Shown here one piece after another: positions 61,053 through 64,000 of a stretch of DNA of 64,000 bases. Source of the stretch: Macrostomum lignano (Eukaryota); the NCBI GenBank assembly GCA_002269645.1, contig NIVC01000550.1:277172-341171 (forward strand), written 5' to 3'. Position 1 is the stretch's first letter, and each line of letters opens with the position of its first letter. The notes under the pieces were generated by a model. It had not been told where the DNA came from and did no database searches. It was given only the letters and a program-made list of their open reading frames with translations. Both the position numbers and the translations under genes were made by a program.

Positions 61053-61715
61053 TTGCGCTGCAAAGCAAAGTTCAGGCGTTAAAGCGCATGGAGGCCCTCG
61101 GAGTCATTGTTAAATTTTCTGAGCCAACGGATTGGGTAAACTCTTTGGTTACTGTGCACAAGCCAGATGGCAGCCTGCGGCTGTGTATCGATCCGACACA
61201 TCTCAACAAAGCTATCAAGCGCGCTCACTACCCGATGACAACAGTTGAGCAAGTTGTTGCGCTCATTCCAGATGCCAAGTACTTCACCGTGCTGGATGCA
61301 AAGACTGGTTTTTAGCAGATAAGAGTTGACGAAGAAAGTACTCGTACACAGCTCTGCACTTTCAACACTCCGTGGAGCAGATACAATTTCGTTCGCCTGC
61401 CCCAGGAACGTGAGCTAAGCAATTTTTTTCAGCACAGCTGGGCTGAGGTAATTGTTGATGATATGCTTGTCTGAAGACCGACCCGCGAAGAGCACGATCA
61501 AAAGCTACTCAAGGTGCTCAATGAGGTCCGTCAGTCGAATTTAAAACTAAATCGCAAGAAACTGAAATTTGGTGTTTTTCAGTAAACTATGTCGGTCACG
61601 TGATCTCATCCGACGGTGTTCGTCCAGATCCTGCTTAAGTAAAAGCCATTCAAGAGCTTCCGGTTCCAGGTGATAAGCAGGCAGTGATGCGGCTGCTTGG
61701 CATGACGAGCTAAAG
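61053..61715 (+). pseudogene. Gypsy RT remnant C (interrupted by the LINE)
   Basis: EPTDWVNSLVTVHKPDGSLRLCIDPTHLNKAI...VLDAKTGF with stops and frameshifts. Confidence 0.85.
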
Positions 61716-62561
61716 ATTGATACATTGTCGAAGAGCAATTTCAATCTAATCCCGGCTGGAATGCGGTTTTGAAGTTAATTTGAAAGTAGATACCGCTATC
61801 TAAATGTTTTTCCTCCTTGATAGGCTCGATGCAGCAGGGAATGGGGAATTATGCAGGTCGCGGGGCTCTCTTGTGGTGCACATCATACAGAAATTTATTT
61901 AGAAGTATTGTTACTGCTATTATTATTTTGTACAATTCGGCTCATACATGTACTCGGTGGTCTTCCACTCTGGTCCTCAGCTTCTATTATGCCCTTGAGA
62001 CATCCGAACTCACTACTCACATTTCATACCCCGTCTCTTAGTAAATAAGTAAGTAGACAGACAGAAGCAAACGATTTGAATAGCTGAATAACTTTCCCTA
62101 AACTTGGCCTTAATCGCTAGAAGGCTGTGACTTGCTCTTGACCTCCGTTACCATGCACGGCAACCCTGGTTGATGACGTCACCTGTCAGCCGCTCTGTGA
62201 TTGGACGAGAAACTGGTGTGAGCGCAGCGGAGAAAATGATTTATGATGGATGATTGTACGTAACAGGCAGGAGAGATACATATGTAGGGGGTCATAAAAC
62301 GATCACACACATGAAATGATTTCGAATGATAGAAAAGAGGTGAGGTTGGTGCACGAGGGAGTGGGGTGGGTAATAAGCACGAGTAGCCGTGATACTCGTT
62401 GGGATGAGTCAACATCACGGGGGCGCAGAATCACAGAGAAAGAGGGAAGCTTGTACATTTATAATAATACTCGTACATGTACAGGGCTTGTTCGTGATCT
62501 TGTTCATGTACATGTAGTTATGCTGGGTCTTAATGGAGTTTGATGTCATTGCACGTATGTA

Positions 62562-63319
62562 TGTAGTGAGTCGCTAGTTTTGTTAGGCGCCGCACTAATC
62601 AGTTGTCTCCTGCACTCGCCCTGCTGGGCTCCTGTCTGTCGCTGGGCAGTTGCCCGTGTCCCCTTCCTGTCCTCGTTTGCCCCCTTTCTGTCCTCGTGTG
62701 CCCTCTTCCTGTCCCCGTTTGCCCTTGTCTTCTCGTGCTCTCCTTTTGCAGTGCCCAGTCAGCTTGGTCTGGCCTGCCTCTGTTTCGTTCTCGGTTTGGC
62801 ACTTCCATTATTTTTGGAGAGGCCTCTTTGTTTTCCTGTCCCAAGGTCAACTAGTGGCTTCACTAGGGGGCCCTTCCCCTCTTTCCCCTTGTCATGTGAG
62901 CCAGTGACAGAGCCCTTTTCCTTCTTTTTAGTCCAAAGTGCAATCAATGATCTGCAGTTTAGTCCAAAGTTCTGCAATTGCCATATTTCCCCCATTGTTC
63001 TCAGCTCTCATCCTAAACCCAGACCTCTGAGTCTGCTCTGATGATAACACCGTTGTCCCAGCCGACCCCCCCCGAGCTCGGCAGGATCTGCTGCCTATTA
63101 GTCTGAAATCGCAAATCTGCCTGAAGTGCTGTGTTCGCTCGTCTTTGTTATTTCGTTCCGACGGGATCCTCACGAAGGCAGGAAGGGACTGGTGGCAGCA
63201 ACTACCAATGCTACTTAAGTAGGCTCCTGGCAAGACAGAGCCTGAGACAACCCATGCAAGAGCTCTGTGCCAGCACAACCTGAAAACCACAGGTACTTCA
63301 TTGGCGGCAGCGGTGGGAT
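62562..63319 (+). mobile_element. Candidate LTR followed by a tRNA-Leu-like primer-binding site
   Basis: ...ACTTCA at 63300, then TGGCGGCAGCGGTGGGAT at 63302-63319. The left boundary TGTAGT at 62562 is tentative. Confidence 0.5.
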
Positions 63320-64000
63320 ACCAAGACCTGCCAGGCCACCTCGAGACCACACCTGTCGAGGAAACAACAGCCACTATCACTTCACGTACAATATGATTTT
63401 TATTTCGTTGGATTGATTTTGTTTTTGAGCAATTTTTGGCCATTTTTGGGTGTCAGACTCAGCTGGCAGCTACTTGTACATCTGAATTTTAAAATCAAAA
63501 TGGTATCATTTTGATCAGCGGGCATAAACTTTTGCCTCAAAAATTGAAACTAGCGAACCATTGAGTCCTTACTCGGCGAAAGAAACTAGATGTACATGTA
63601 TCCTGCTCACGCTTCGCGCTTTATGGTTAAGCCGAAAAGGATCACTAGCCACACTTTAGACAAGGACTACTACACTTGAAGGACGCAACACCTGCAAATC
63701 GTGCAAAAATAGTTGAAGGCCGATTATTAAAATGTCTGTATCTCCGAATCGGTTGCATGTAGGTTACTTTTTTCGACAGATTGTTCAGATTTTTGTATGC
63801 AAGCACGTTTACTGCGTGCAGGAATGACTTTTGAGCACGCTAATTGAGATAATTGAGATTGAGCAATGGGCAAAAGGGGGTTGCTGATAACAAGCATGGT
63901 TGATTTTGATAACTATTGCGAGTTTTGCGAGATTCGAGAGATGATGAGAGAAGATAAGAAATCAATCGATAATTGAATTGTACAATCAAAGTTATCTTAG

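Overview
This is a eukaryotic (animal) genomic window, not a prokaryotic one. It has GT-AG introns, GC-rich and Ala-rich exons in AT-rich, transposon-packed intergenic DNA. The style suggests a free-living flatworm such as Macrostomum, but that is inference only. Five host genes are supported: a GT32 (DXD) glycosyltransferase (minus, about 1.9-3.7 kb, first exon not found); a two-exon EXOSC8/RRP43 (minus, 16315-19284); a four-exon Clock-like bHLH-PAS gene (minus, 20920-23989, predicted 519 aa); a two-exon RPL23A with an 8.3-kb intron (plus, 35459-44248); and an intronless membrane-anchored FkbM-family methyltransferase (plus, 55674-56861). The rest is mobile DNA: two Penelope-like elements carrying three hammerhead-ribozyme motifs, two RTE LINEs, an internally deleted I-group LINE, three Gypsy remnants plus LTRs, mariner/Tc1, Harbinger, hAT, MULE-like and Crypton-like remnants, a tRNA-derived SINE and many MITEs. 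Four unrelated 21-23-bp minisatellites lie in or next to the genes. The most notable signals are (1) an inverted Penelope pLTR pair in the RPL23A intron whose divergence is concentrated in the ribozyme core, (2) a polyQ-less Clock whose stop codon lies inside a minisatellite unit, (3) a CCA-terminal, 8-bp-TSD MITE family and a strongly over-represented CCATAGAC motif, and (4) a candidate glycan O-methyltransferase. No CRISPR array, rRNA or true tRNA gene was found. All alignments were made by eye; boundaries called approximate may be off by tens of bases.
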